From assembly GCA_040752415.1 (NCBI GenBank), contig JBFMGU010000069.1, positions 1 through 42,194 of the forward strand: a DNA stretch of 42,194 nt, in the 5' to 3' direction. Below the pieces are notes generated by a model. It was not told where the DNA came from. It was given only the letters and a program-made list of their open reading frames with translations, and made no database searches. The position numbers and the translations under genes were made by a program. Below are positions 27,448-37,065 of the stretch, piece after piece (position 1 is the first letter of the stretch; every line of letters starts with the position of its first letter). Source of the stretch: Myxococcota bacterium. Its GTDB lineage: Bacteria > Myxococcota > JACRCW01.

Positions 27448-28161
27448 TCAGGGGTCGATGCGGACGTTGATGGTACGGGCCTGCACTCCGGTCACCACGC
27501 CGCTGCCAAAGGCCGGGTCCAGCGTGCCAGCGCGCGTGCGCTTCACAACGATGGTGCCATTGCACGACTCATTCTCGCGGTCGTTGTGCGCCTTGATGGT
27601 TCCGGCGTTGATGGTGAAGGTGCCGGGGTCGCCGGAAACGTCGAAGGTCTCCACGCGGACACAATCCCCGTCGACAACGATGTCCATCTCGTCCGACGTC
27701 CCGGAGGGCGCCCAGTCAATGACCAGCTGCTGCGAGCGCTTGATGATGGCGTTGGCGACGGGTGCGGAGACGGTGAAGCCGTTGGGAAGCGTGGCCTTAT
27801 TCTCGAGCGCGTCCTTGTCCTCCTCGCTGGCGCGCTCCAGCGCCACCACGAAGAGCTGCCCGTCGGCGTCGGACTGCATCTCGGTGGCGTACGACGTGTA
27901 GCTGAGAATCTGCGTCTCCGAGAGGACCGCGGTCTCGTCGCCCGCCGTGGCGGTCAGCTTGTCGCCGCTGCTGAGCCGCACAATGGTGTTGGACGCCGCG
28001 CCGCCCACCCGCAGCACGGCCTGCACATGGGTGCCATCTCCGTCGCTGGTGGCGGTGATGGTGGCGTGCATGCCACTGGTCTTGATGTCCTCGCTGTCCG
28101 CCTTCTGGCAGGCGCCCATGACGAGCACCACCAGCGCCATGCATCCCATTTTTCGCAGCAT
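27448..28161 (-). CDS. Hypothetical lipoprotein
   Basis: GGAGGA RBS; lipobox 'VLVMGAC' followed by 'QKADSEDIKTSG'; beta-rich sequence. Confidence 0.8.
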   Translation of the reverse strand: MLRKMGCMALVVLVMGACQKADSEDIKTSGMHATITATSDGDGTHVQAVLRVGGAASNTIVRLSSGDKLTATAGDETAVLSETQILSYTSYATEMQSDADGQLFVVALERASEEDKDALENKATLPNGFTVSAPVANAIIKRSQQLVIDWAPSGTSDEMDIVVDGDCVRVETFDVSGDPGTFTINAGTIKAHNDRENESCNGTIVVKRTRAGTLDPAFGSGVVTGVQARTINVRIDP

Positions 28162-28302
28162 GCGTCCTCCGTCCGAAAGGTTGCGGCGCATGCTAGCCGC
28201 TGCCGTGCGGAATGCCACGTCCCTGTCGGAGCACGACGCCGAAGACCGCGCCCGAGACCGAGGTGGGTGGCAGCGCTTGGCACCCTGCGATACGTTGGCC
28301 CC

Positions 28303-28992
28303 ATGGTTGCGCACGCCTTGCGCCTCAACGTCGACGGCATCCCCATCAGCGTCCGCCCGGAAGCCTTCTCGCTGAACGGATTCCGTGCGTGGCTGACGTC
28401 GGACGAGTTCCCCTCGGGGATGCGCGCCACCTTCTACGACGGAGAGGTGTTCCTGGAGATGAGCCCGGAATCACTGGAGTCCCACAACAAGGTGAAGGGC
28501 GCGGTGTCGAGTCGGCTCTATCAGATCGTCGTCGATGAGAAGCTGGGGGAGAGCTACCAGGACGGCACCCTCTTGACGCACACCGTGGCCAACCTCAGCA
28601 CGGAGCCTGACTTCATCTTCGCGACCTGGGATGCGTTCCGGTCCGGCAAGCTTCGTGAAGTCTCCAAGGCGGGACGCGCCGACGAGTTCATTGAGCTCGA
28701 GGGGACCCCGGAGCTCGTCGTGGAGGTGGTCAGCGACAGCTCGGTCAGGAAGGACACGGAAGTCCTTCGGGCCGCATACGCCGTGGCGGGCATTGCGGAG
28801 TACTGGCTCATTGACGCGCGCGGGGACGCCCTTCGGTTCGAGATCCTCTCTTTGCGGTCCGGCGGATACGCGGCGCTCTCCGCGCCAGACGGTCCCCAGC
28901 ACAGCGGGGTTCTTGGCCGCTCCTTCCACCTGCGACGTGAGCGCAACGTGCGCGGCCGCTGGACGTACGAGCTGGACGTCGTCAGGGAATGA
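28303..28992 (+). CDS. Uma2 family PD-(D/E)xK endonuclease-like protein
   Basis: 'EMSPES..HNKV', 'TEPDFIF', 'PELVVEVVSDSSVRKD', 'GIAEYWLID'. Confidence 0.88.
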   Translation: MVAHALRLNVDGIPISVRPEAFSLNGFRAWLTSDEFPSGMRATFYDGEVFLEMSPESLESHNKVKGAVSSRLYQIVVDEKLGESYQDGTLLTHTVANLSTEPDFIFATWDAFRSGKLREVSKAGRADEFIELEGTPELVVEVVSDSSVRKDTEVLRAAYAVAGIAEYWLIDARGDALRFEILSLRSGGYAALSAPDGPQHSGVLGRSFHLRRERNVRGRWTYELDVVRE

Positions 28993-28995
28993 CGC

Positions 28996-30675
28996 TCACG
29001 GCTGCAACGACGCGGACCGTTCCATGCTGCGCGGCTGACCGGGAATCACCCGCGCGCGCTCCGGCTGGATGACGCCCTCCTCTTCCGGACAACGCAGCGT
29101 CTTGAGGTACTCCAGCAGGTCCCAGCGCTCCGACGTCGACATCGTGGTGCCGAACCGCGCCCCGCTGTGTCCCCGCACCAGCTCGTCGCGGAAGTTGCGG
29201 GGAAGGATGCGCGGCGGCTTCGCCCGTGGCTCCAGCTTCTGCGGGAAACGCCCAGGCGCAAAGTAGCCCACCTTCACCTTGTCCACGACGTCACTCTGGA
29301 TGTAACCGCGCTGCCGTTCCTCCTCGGGCAGCAGCAGCTCGTACAGGCTCCCCACCGCGCCGGTGTGCAGGTACGGGAAGTTCAGGAACGGGCTGCACAA
29401 CGGCATGGGCGTGTAGCCAGGGTCGTATTCCCGGTAGCCGTCCAGGCGCGGCACGTAGGCCCAGCCGTACTGCGCAAACTCCTGCATGAGCTCGTCAAAC
29501 GCCGCCACGGCGCGTTCCTCGTCGGTGCGGATGACCTTCAGGGGCGTGATGGTGGGACGGAAGGAACGCAGCATCCCGCTCTCGTCGTGGATGCCGTGGC
29601 AGGAGGCGCAGCTGTTGGCGCGGTGGAAGAGCTCATGCCCGCGCGCCGCCATGTCCTTGCGGACGGGCGTGCCCATCACCTCCTCCCACGACGGACTGCG
29701 CGTGCCGAACACCACGAACGCGTCCAGCGCCTGGATCTCGCGCGAGCGGACCTTGCGGTCCCAGCGGTCGTAGTCGTCGAAGCCGAAGAAATCGAACATG
29801 GGCCAGTGCGCCACCCACAACGAGTTCACGCTGCCGTCCCAGAACAACAGGTTGCGGAAGCGCAGCGTGTTGAGCGGAGGCGGCTTGGTGGCGCCGCACA
29901 TGAAGCGCTGCAGGCCCTCGGTGGTGGCAAGCTGCGCGGGGTCGTGGAGGAGCTTGCTGCTGATCTGCCAGATGCGCGCCGCGGTGATCATGCCCGGCGC
30001 CAGGTCCCGACAACCGCGGCCGTACAGCGCGTCGTAACGCTCCAGCTTGGCCATCTGTCGACGGGTCTCCCGCAGCAGCTCCGCGCCCGCCGGTCCCTGC
30101 GCCAACAACAGCGGCACCGAGGCCCGCATCAGGTTGCGCGCGTGGTCAATGATGGCTTCCTGGTTGTACCACTTGTTGCCAATGCCCGGGATGAGCTGAT
30201 TCTCGACGACACCGCTGTGACACGCGCTGCAGTTCTGCGTGATGAGCGGCATCTGTCCGCGCGTGCGCACGATGCCGCGCGGCAGCTCCTCGCCGGGGAC
30301 GTGCACCAGGCCCGTGCGGGTTACCACCTCGAACAGCTCGTACAGGCGGTCGCGCTCCAGGCCGCGCGCGTTGCCGAAGTGGAGGTCAAACAACGCGGCG
30401 GGCACGCCAAAGGGCTCTCCCTCCAACGGCGCGTCAAAGAACCACTGGTGCCGTCCCTCGTCGACGAGGTCGGCGAGATTGGCCTCTCCGCTGCGCACCA
30501 GCGGCAGGTCCTCCGGCCGGGGCACCGGGAACGGCATCCTCCGATCCAACTCCAGCGTCACCCCCGCGGGACCGCGCATCAGCTCCCAGGACGGCATGGA
30601 CAATGCCCGCGCCGCACCCAGCGCCAGGGCCATCACCACCGCCAACTTCCTCCAGGACAGCCTTCCGCGCTCCAT
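28996..30675 (-). CDS. Exported di-heme c-type cytochrome, RoxA-like / cytochrome c peroxidase superfamily
   Basis: Signal-like N-terminus; CSACH (30217-30231) and CASCH (29596-29610); 'LFWDGS', 'RTDEER', 'PYLHTGAV', 'ERWDLLEYLKTL'. Confidence 0.8.
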   Translation of the reverse strand: MERGRLSWRKLAVVMALALGAARALSMPSWELMRGPAGVTLELDRRMPFPVPRPEDLPLVRSGEANLADLVDEGRHQWFFDAPLEGEPFGVPAALFDLHFGNARGLERDRLYELFEVVTRTGLVHVPGEELPRGIVRTRGQMPLITQNCSACHSGVVENQLIPGIGNKWYNQEAIIDHARNLMRASVPLLLAQGPAGAELLRETRRQMAKLERYDALYGRGCRDLAPGMITAARIWQISSKLLHDPAQLATTEGLQRFMCGATKPPPLNTLRFRNLLFWDGSVNSLWVAHWPMFDFFGFDDYDRWDRKVRSREIQALDAFVVFGTRSPSWEEVMGTPVRKDMAARGHELFHRANSCASCHGIHDESGMLRSFRPTITPLKVIRTDEERAVAAFDELMQEFAQYGWAYVPRLDGYREYDPGYTPMPLCSPFLNFPYLHTGAVGSLYELLLPEEERQRGYIQSDVVDKVKVGYFAPGRFPQKLEPRAKPPRILPRNFRDELVRGHSGARFGTTMSTSERWDLLEYLKTLRCPEEEGVIQPERARVIPGQPRSMERSASLQP

Positions 30676-30720
30676 GACACCCAACCCTCATTTCTCGTTG
30701 GTTGGACGCTGAGAATTTGC

Positions 30721-30743
30721 ATAATTAACTACACGATTAATAT
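30721..30743. promoter_or_regulatory. AT-rich promoter region with inverted repeat ATTAA-N8-TTAAT (putative operator)
   Basis: Conspicuous AT-rich patch; ATTAA at 30724-30728 and TTAAT at 30737-30741, about 50 nt upstream of the di-heme gene start. Confidence 0.45.
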
Positions 30744-30845
30744 CCGCTGCCAACGGCTTCGGCAACGTGGGCAGAGGTGCGCGGCGGAAAGGCGTGGCGG
30801 GATCGTGGGTTGCGCGCGGGGCGCGGATCCGCGGGTGGTGTGGGA

Positions 30846-31586
30846 TCAGCGATGACGAGGATGGTTCATCCCGCTGCGCAGGATGGGTTCATCCTGTTCG
30901 GGGAGATGGCCCAGCCAGTGTCCGGCGCGGGCCGCCTTGGTCCTCAGGTAGGAGACGTTGTGTGGGTTGGGCGGCATCACGTGCGGGATGCGACCGGTGA
31001 CCCGCACGCCCAGCTGCTCCAGCGCATGCATCTTGGCGGGGTTGTTGGTCATGAGCCGCACGGAGCGGACGCGCAGGCTGTGGAGCATGTGCGCGGCGGT
31101 GGCGTAATCGCGCTCGTCGGCGCGGAAGCCCAGGGCCAGGTTGGCATCCACGGTGTCCAGGCCGCGGTCCTGCAGCGCGTACGCGCGGATCTTGTTGAGC
31201 AGCCCGATGCCGCGGCCCTCCTGGTGCAGGTAGAGCAGCAGCCCACGCTCCATCCCGCCCAGCGACTTGAGCGCGGACTCCAGCTGGTCACGGCAGTCAC
31301 AGCGCAGGGAGCCCAGCGCGTCGCCGGTGAGACACTCGGAGTGCATGCGCACCGGGACGTCCTCCGCATCCAGGACGTGGCCGCGCACGAGCGCAATGTG
31401 GTCCTTTCCGTCGCTGGTGCCATGGAAGGCCACCACGCGGAACGCACCAAAACGCGTGGGCAGCTCAGCCACGGCGGCAACGCGGACGCAGATGTGCTGC
31501 GCGCCCACGCCACGACAACGGTGGTGCTTGTCCGCCTCCACCAGCTGCTCCAACGAGGACGGAGACGTCGCTGGATCCTGGGCCAT
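30846..31586 (-). CDS. ribA: GTP cyclohydrolase II
   Basis: 'VRMHSECLTGDALGSLRCDCRDQL', 'QEGRGIGLLNKIRAYALQD', 'LMTNNPAK', 'YLRTK...GH'. Confidence 0.95.
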   Translation of the reverse strand: MAQDPATSPSSLEQLVEADKHHRCRGVGAQHICVRVAAVAELPTRFGAFRVVAFHGTSDGKDHIALVRGHVLDAEDVPVRMHSECLTGDALGSLRCDCRDQLESALKSLGGMERGLLLYLHQEGRGIGLLNKIRAYALQDRGLDTVDANLALGFRADERDYATAAHMLHSLRVRSVRLMTNNPAKMHALEQLGVRVTGRIPHVMPPNPHNVSYLRTKAARAGHWLGHLPEQDEPILRSGMNHPRHR

Positions 31587-31665
31587 TGCCGTCGTGATAC
31601 CGGGGTTGGGGGAGGCCGCCAGGGACGCGGGTTGTTGGGCGCCGTTCCTGCTAGCATCTCGCCGC

Positions 31666-32505
31666 ATGGAGAAGGCTCCCTCGCGCTGGGTCTTTGATCC
31701 GGATGACCCCCGCTCCCCCACGTGGGAGCAATGGAACGCCATGACTCCCAGGGAGCGCGACGAGGTCGTGGCCACGCTCCCGTCGGATTGGTCTCCTCCC
31801 GACGCGCTGCCTCCAGAGGGGGATCACCACTATGACGTCCAGTCAAGCTCGCGCTCGCTGCTTCGCAAGTTCTTCGAGCGGACGAAGCGGCGCATCTACA
31901 TCGCCGGCAACATGGCGGTCTTCTACCCCGGCGAGAAGCAGTTCAGCCCCGATCTGTACGCCGTGACCGACGTGGAGATCCGCCCCAGGGACTCGTGGAT
32001 CGGCGTGAGGGAGGGGAAGGGGCTGGACCTCGCGCTCGAGATCAGCGTCACGGGACGACGGTCCAAGGACCTCAAGACCTACGTCGAGAAATACGCTCGG
32101 CTCGGAATCCGGGAATACTTCGTCTTTGACGTCCCGCGGAAGCTGCTACGAGGGTGGAGGCTCCCCGACGCCGGCGCCACACGCTACGAACCGCTCGTGC
32201 CGCAGTTGGGTTGTTTCTCGTCGGAAGTGCTGGGGCTGGAGCTCTTCATCCGAGACGGAAGGTTGCGTTTCATGCATGACAACGCCGTGCTGGAAGAGCC
32301 GGAGGAGCTCATCTCACGGCTCAATCAGACGCTTGTCGCTGTCATCTCCGCCCGCGAGGAGGAGGCACGACGCGCCGAGGACGCAGCACGACGCGCCGAG
32401 GAGGCAGCACAAGGCGCAGAGGAGGCAGCACGACGACGCCAGGCCGCTGAGCAACGGCTGGCGGCAGCGTTGGAGGAGATTGAACGGTTGAAGAAAGGGC
32501 GGTGA
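31666..32505 (+). CDS. Uma2 family endonuclease-like protein with C-terminal coiled coil
   Basis: 'PPEGDHH', 'FSPDLYAV', 'LALEISV', 'YARLGIREYFVFD'; tail 'EEEARRAEDAARRAEEAA'. Confidence 0.88.
   Translation: MEKAPSRWVFDPDDPRSPTWEQWNAMTPRERDEVVATLPSDWSPPDALPPEGDHHYDVQSSSRSLLRKFFERTKRRIYIAGNMAVFYPGEKQFSPDLYAVTDVEIRPRDSWIGVREGKGLDLALEISVTGRRSKDLKTYVEKYARLGIREYFVFDVPRKLLRGWRLPDAGATRYEPLVPQLGCFSSEVLGLELFIRDGRLRFMHDNAVLEEPEELISRLNQTLVAVISAREEEARRAEDAARRAEEAAQGAEEAARRRQAAEQRLAAALEEIERLKKGR
32365..32436 (+). repeat. 21-bp intragenic tandem repeat encoding a heptad (ARRAE[D/E]A)
   Basis: gcacgacgcgccgaggacgca / gcacgacgcgccgaggaggca / gcacaaggcgcagaggaggca, plus a partial fourth copy. Confidence 0.75.
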
Positions 32506-32509
32506 GGAC

Positions 32510-33862
32510 TCAATGCGCCGCGTGTCCGGGCGCGCCCTCCCCCTTGCCCAGCTCCCCGGCGCGGCCCAGGCCCCACTTGAAGACCACCGGGCCCACCATC
32601 TCATTGATGGCCACCACGGCGATCATCAACGACGACAACGACATCCCCACGTCGGGCAGCTCCTGCGCCACCACCGTGGCCAACCCGATGGTCACGCCCG
32701 CCTGCGAGATGAGCGAGGTGTGCCCGTACCTGCGCACCACCTCGGGGTCCTTCGCCCAGCGATGTCCCGCGCGACACGCCAGGCAGGTGAACACCACGCG
32801 CAACGAGGCCAGCACCAGCGCCACCTGCCACGCGTTGCGCAACACGCCAATGTCCAGGTGCGCGCCCGCGGTGGCAAAGAACACCACCATGACGGCGCCG
32901 GAGGCCTCACGCGCGGTCTCCATGAGGTGGTGACCCATGCGGGAGACGTTCTGCACAATGAACCCGGCGATGACGAAGACAAGGAGCGTGTCGTAGTGGA
33001 AGTAGCGACAGAACGCGGTGACGCCGTAGGCCACCGTCACCAGGAACAACAGCCGCTCCCGCGCCACCAACCACAGCCACAACGCGATGAGCAGCCCAAA
33101 GGTGGTCCCCGCCGCCACGCTGCTCATCAGCGCCTCACCCAGCTCCCGCAGCGCGCCCAGGGAAACGCTGGCGTAGGGATCCAGGAACGTCTGCGCCAGC
33201 ATCATGGCCACCGCGAACAGCACCAGCACCGCGACGTCAAAGAGCACCACCATGCCCAGCGCGTAGTTGGTGACCGGGCCCTTCGGTCGGGTCTCCGCCA
33301 CCACGGCCAGCGTGGCCGCCGGTGACTTGGAGATCGCCACCGCGCTCCACACCGCGCCCACCGCCCACAGCGGGACGCCCCCCAGGCCCTCCAGTCCCGG
33401 GATGCGCGGCGCCACCAGCGGGAACGCCAGGAACAACGCCGGCCCCAGCACCACCAGCTGCGCCAACGACGCCCACGCCAGGCTGCGCCAGTTGCGCTGG
33501 ATCATCTCCACGGTGAACTCACCGCCGGCCTGCAGGGCAATGAGGGCCAACGCCAGCGCGTTGATGAGCTCCAGGCTGGTGACGTCGTGGTGGGAGAGCA
33601 GGCCCGCGCCGTGCGGTCCGCACAACACGCCCGCCACCAGGTAGCCGGTGAGTCGCGGCAGGCGCAGCAGGGACGCCAGCTGCCCCGCCGCCATGCCCGC
33701 GAACAGGAGCAGGCCCAGGGCAAAGACCGGCCCGGTCTCCTCAATCTCCGGCTGCTCCCGCACCAGGCGCGTCAGTCCCAACACCACCACCACCGCGGCC
33801 AACCCGCGAAACGCGGTGAAGGTCTGCTGCCAGCCGCGCGTGTCGACGGCGTGCTCGCTCAT
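32510..33862 (-). CDS. Cation:proton antiporter (Na+/H+ exchanger / Kef-type)
   Basis: 'LPRLTGYLVAGVLCGP', 'LIALQAGGEF', 'SPAATLAVV', 'VFFATAGAHLD', 'SQAGVTIGLA'; many TM helices. Confidence 0.88.
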   Translation of the reverse strand: MSEHAVDTRGWQQTFTAFRGLAAVVVVLGLTRLVREQPEIEETGPVFALGLLLFAGMAAGQLASLLRLPRLTGYLVAGVLCGPHGAGLLSHHDVTSLELINALALALIALQAGGEFTVEMIQRNWRSLAWASLAQLVVLGPALFLAFPLVAPRIPGLEGLGGVPLWAVGAVWSAVAISKSPAATLAVVAETRPKGPVTNYALGMVVLFDVAVLVLFAVAMMLAQTFLDPYASVSLGALRELGEALMSSVAAGTTFGLLIALWLWLVARERLLFLVTVAYGVTAFCRYFHYDTLLVFVIAGFIVQNVSRMGHHLMETAREASGAVMVVFFATAGAHLDIGVLRNAWQVALVLASLRVVFTCLACRAGHRWAKDPEVVRRYGHTSLISQAGVTIGLATVVAQELPDVGMSLSSLMIAVVAINEMVGPVVFKWGLGRAGELGKGEGAPGHAAH

Positions 33863-35076
33863 GCGCCCGACTCCACCGGTTTCGCGGTTGTCGTCGTGGT
33901 GGAAGTGGATTGCGTCTCGCGCCAGAGCAGCAGCGCCAGCAGGTCGGTGACGCCCACCGCCATCACCACCGCCGTCACCAGGCCGCTGTGGTCCAGGGGA
34001 ACGTCACGCGTGAGCGCCAGCGAGACCGTCATGGGAATGGCCACCCCCGACGAGCCGAGCACCACGCTCACCGGCACCGGCTCTCCCTTCCGACTCAGCG
34101 CCAGCGCGGCAATGGCCTTGGCCACCAGGCGCCCCGCGGCCAGCACCAGCCCCAGCAACACGGCGCCCACGCCCAGGCCCAGGTGGACACCGGTGAGGAC
34201 GAGGACGACCATGCGCACGGGCCGCTCGGTGGCGCGCGTGGTGCGGTCCAGCAGCTGGTGACCCACACCAAATCCCGCCAGCGTCCAGCCCATCAGGAAG
34301 CCCACCGCCGCGCCGGGAATGCCCGCGGCGTCCGCCAATCCCGCCGCCGCCACCACCAGCCCCACCAGCGCCACGCGGTCCGTGGACTGCCCCGGCACGC
34401 GACGTCCCGCGAACAGCATGTACGCCACCGCGATGCCCACGCCGAAGGTGATGAGCACCAGCAGGCCCAGGCGTCCGTCGTCGGAAAACGCGGTCTCCGG
34501 GGCGGGCCACAGGAACACCGCCAGCGCCAACGCCACCGCGCCCACCGCGTCGTCGTGGCGGGCCATGAAGAGCACCCGGGACCGACGCGGCCCCAGCGAC
34601 CAATGCGCCACCGCCTCCCGCGCGAACGTCAGGCCCGTGCCGCACACCATGGCCGCGCACAACACGCCCAGGCGCACCGGCTGCAGGGCCATGTCTCCGT
34701 CGAGACCCTGCACGGGCAAGCCCGCCGCACGCAGCCCGTTGATGCCGCCCCACGCCGTCACCGCGGCAATCACCCAGGTCCAGAGGGCCAGCGCGCTGGT
34801 GCGTCCCACCTCCAGCGGCAGGGACAGTCCCGACGACGGACGGCTCACCCGCAGCCCCACCAGCATGGCCAGCCAGGTGGTGGCCACCTGCAACGCCGGC
34901 GTCATGGCCTGCGCCATGGACGGGAGGATGAACCCCAGCCCGCGCGGGGAGAGCAACGCACCCATGGAGACCAGCAGCGGCGTGGCGGCAATGTGCACCG
35001 CAAACGCCACGCGCGCGCGGTGTGACGCCAACGCGGCCACGGCCAGCAATGCCAGCAACAAGAGGATGGCGGTCAC
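33859..35076 (-). CDS. Polytopic membrane protein, degenerate cation:proton antiporter-like
   Basis: About 12 TM helices; 'MGALLSPRGLGFI', 'RHDDAVG', 'ATERPVRMVVLVLTG'; ATGA overlap with the downstream antiporter gene; GGGAGG RBS. Confidence 0.65.
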   Translation of the reverse strand: MTAILLLLALLAVAALASHRARVAFAVHIAATPLLVSMGALLSPRGLGFILPSMAQAMTPALQVATTWLAMLVGLRVSRPSSGLSLPLEVGRTSALALWTWVIAAVTAWGGINGLRAAGLPVQGLDGDMALQPVRLGVLCAAMVCGTGLTFAREAVAHWSLGPRRSRVLFMARHDDAVGAVALALAVFLWPAPETAFSDDGRLGLLVLITFGVGIAVAYMLFAGRRVPGQSTDRVALVGLVVAAAGLADAAGIPGAAVGFLMGWTLAGFGVGHQLLDRTTRATERPVRMVVLVLTGVHLGLGVGAVLLGLVLAAGRLVAKAIAALALSRKGEPVPVSVVLGSSGVAIPMTVSLALTRDVPLDHSGLVTAVVMAVGVTDLLALLLWRETQSTSTTTTTAKPVESGA

Positions 35077-35209
35077 CGTCGACCTCCCGGGTCATTGACG
35101 ACGGGGGAAAAGCAATGGATGAGACCGCACGCGCGCACGCTCCCACGGTGCGTCCCACCCTTGGGGGGTGTCAAATTGTTTGGAGCGCCGCGTCGCCGGA
35201 GAGCCGCCC

Positions 35210-35554
35210 ATGACCAACTGCCTGTTTTGCAAGATCGCCGCCGGACAGATTCCCAGCAAGAAGGCCTATGAGGACGCCAACGCCTACGCCTTCCACGACA
35301 TCAACCCGCAGGCGCCCACGCACATCCTGATCATCCCCAAGCAGCACATTGGCTCCATCAACGACGTCACCGACGCCCACGAGGGCGTGCTGGGGCACCT
35401 GTTCACGGTGGCGCGCGGTCTTGCCCAGGACCAGGGCCTGGCCGACGACGGTTACCGCCTGGTGGTGAACACCGGCGCCAACGCGGGGCAGACGGTGTTC
35501 CACATCCACATGCACCTCATCGGCGGTCGCGGCATGGGCTGGCCGCCGGGCTGA
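35210..35554 (+). CDS. hinT: Histidine triad (HIT) nucleotide-binding protein
   Basis: 'CLFCKI', 'AFHDINPQAPTHILIIPK', 'GQTVFHIHMHLIGGR', C-terminal 'WPPG'. Confidence 0.93.
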   Translation: MTNCLFCKIAAGQIPSKKAYEDANAYAFHDINPQAPTHILIIPKQHIGSINDVTDAHEGVLGHLFTVARGLAQDQGLADDGYRLVVNTGANAGQTVFHIHMHLIGGRGMGWPPG

Positions 35555-35638
35555 GCGTAGACGGACTGACGCTCCGGGACGTAGACCTCGGCTTTGCACC
35601 GGGCGCGAGAGATGCTGCCCGTCGTGAGGAGCGTTCGT

Positions 35639-37045
35639 ATGTCCGTCGACAAGGCGCTGCAGGTTGCGGAAGCGCGCTTTTCCGCCACGTTGGATTCCCT
35701 CAAGGCGCTCGCGCGCATCCCGTCGGTGTCGTTCCCCGGCTTTCCCCCCGAGGAGGTGAAGCGCAGCGCCGAGGCGGTGGCGGAAGCCGCGCGCGGGGTG
35801 GGCCTGCGGAACGTGGAGATCCTCTCGCTGAAGGGACACCCGGAAGCGCACCCCGCCGTCTACGCGGATTGGCTGAGCGCCCCCGGCAAGCCCACGCTGC
35901 TGCTCTACGCCCACCACGACGTGCAGCCACCCGGCCGCAAGGAGTTCTGGAAGAGCCCGCCGTTCGAGCCCACCGAGCGGGATGGCCGTCTGTATGGGCG
36001 CGGCGTCGTCGACGACAAGGCGGGCGTGATGGTGCACCTGGCGGCCATTGAGGCGTGGCTGCAGGCGCACGGGACGTTGCCGCTCAACGTCAAGATGTTC
36101 ATCGAGGGCGAGGAGGAAGTGGGCTCCTCCAACCTGGACGCGTTCGTGCAGCAGTACAAGGAGCGCCTCCACGCCGACGTCATGGTGCTCACCGACACCG
36201 CCAACCTCGACGCGGGCATTCCCTCCATCACGTACATGCTGCGCGGCCTGACCACGGTGGACATCACCATCACCGCCGGGAAGACCCCGCTGCACAGCGG
36301 CATGTGGGGCGGGCCCATCCCGGACCCGGCGCAGGCGCTGTGTCAGATCCTCGGTCGGCTCATCAACGAGGACGGACGCATCAACGTCCCCGGCCTCTAC
36401 GAGATGGTGCGCGAGCTCACGGACAAGGAGAAGGAGCGTTTCAGGAAGCTCCCCTTCAGTGAGGCGGCGTTCCGAGCACAGGCCGGTCTCCCGTCGGGAA
36501 TCCCGCTGGCCGGCGAGGTGGACCGCACGGTGTATGAGCGTTTGTGGGCGCGTCCCTCGCTCGCCATCAATGCGCTGGAGGCCAGCAGCATCGCCGGGGC
36601 CAGCAACCAGATCGTCGACGTGGCGCGAGCGCGCGTGGGCCTGCGTCTTCCCCCCGGCGTCGACGCGGACAAGGCGCAGAAGCTGCTCATGGACCAGATG
36701 CGTCGGCTGTGTCCTGCCGGGCTCGCGCTGGAGCTCGTGGGAGACCAGGCTGCGGCCGGATGGTCCACCGACCCCGAGGGACCCGCGTTCTCCGCCGCGG
36801 CGCGCGCGCTGGAGAAGGGCTTTGGCTCACCCGCGGCGTACATCGGCTGCGGCGGCACCATCCCGTTCGTGCAGCCGTTCTCCGACGCGCTGGGAGGCGC
36901 CCCCGCGTTGCTGCTGGGCCTGGAGGATCCCTTGTGCCTGGCGCACGCGGAGAATGAGAGCCTGCTCATTGACGACTTCAAGAAGGCCATCCGCGCCGCG
37001 GTGCACCTCTACCAGGAGCTCAGCGACGTGAAGGCGCGGCCGTAA
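35639..37045 (+). CDS. M20 family metallopeptidase (dipeptidase / ArgE-DapE-like)
   Basis: 'YAHHDVQPP', 'YGRGVVDDKAG', 'EGEEEVGS', 'LHSGMWGG', 'GGTIP', 'AHAENE'; GAGGAG RBS. Confidence 0.93.
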   Translation: MSVDKALQVAEARFSATLDSLKALARIPSVSFPGFPPEEVKRSAEAVAEAARGVGLRNVEILSLKGHPEAHPAVYADWLSAPGKPTLLLYAHHDVQPPGRKEFWKSPPFEPTERDGRLYGRGVVDDKAGVMVHLAAIEAWLQAHGTLPLNVKMFIEGEEEVGSSNLDAFVQQYKERLHADVMVLTDTANLDAGIPSITYMLRGLTTVDITITAGKTPLHSGMWGGPIPDPAQALCQILGRLINEDGRINVPGLYEMVRELTDKEKERFRKLPFSEAAFRAQAGLPSGIPLAGEVDRTVYERLWARPSLAINALEASSIAGASNQIVDVARARVGLRLPPGVDADKAQKLLMDQMRRLCPAGLALELVGDQAAAGWSTDPEGPAFSAAARALEKGFGSPAAYIGCGGTIPFVQPFSDALGGAPALLLGLEDPLCLAHAENESLLIDDFKKAIRAAVHLYQELSDVKARP

Positions 37046-37065
37046 CGCGACTGTTGCCGGCCTGA

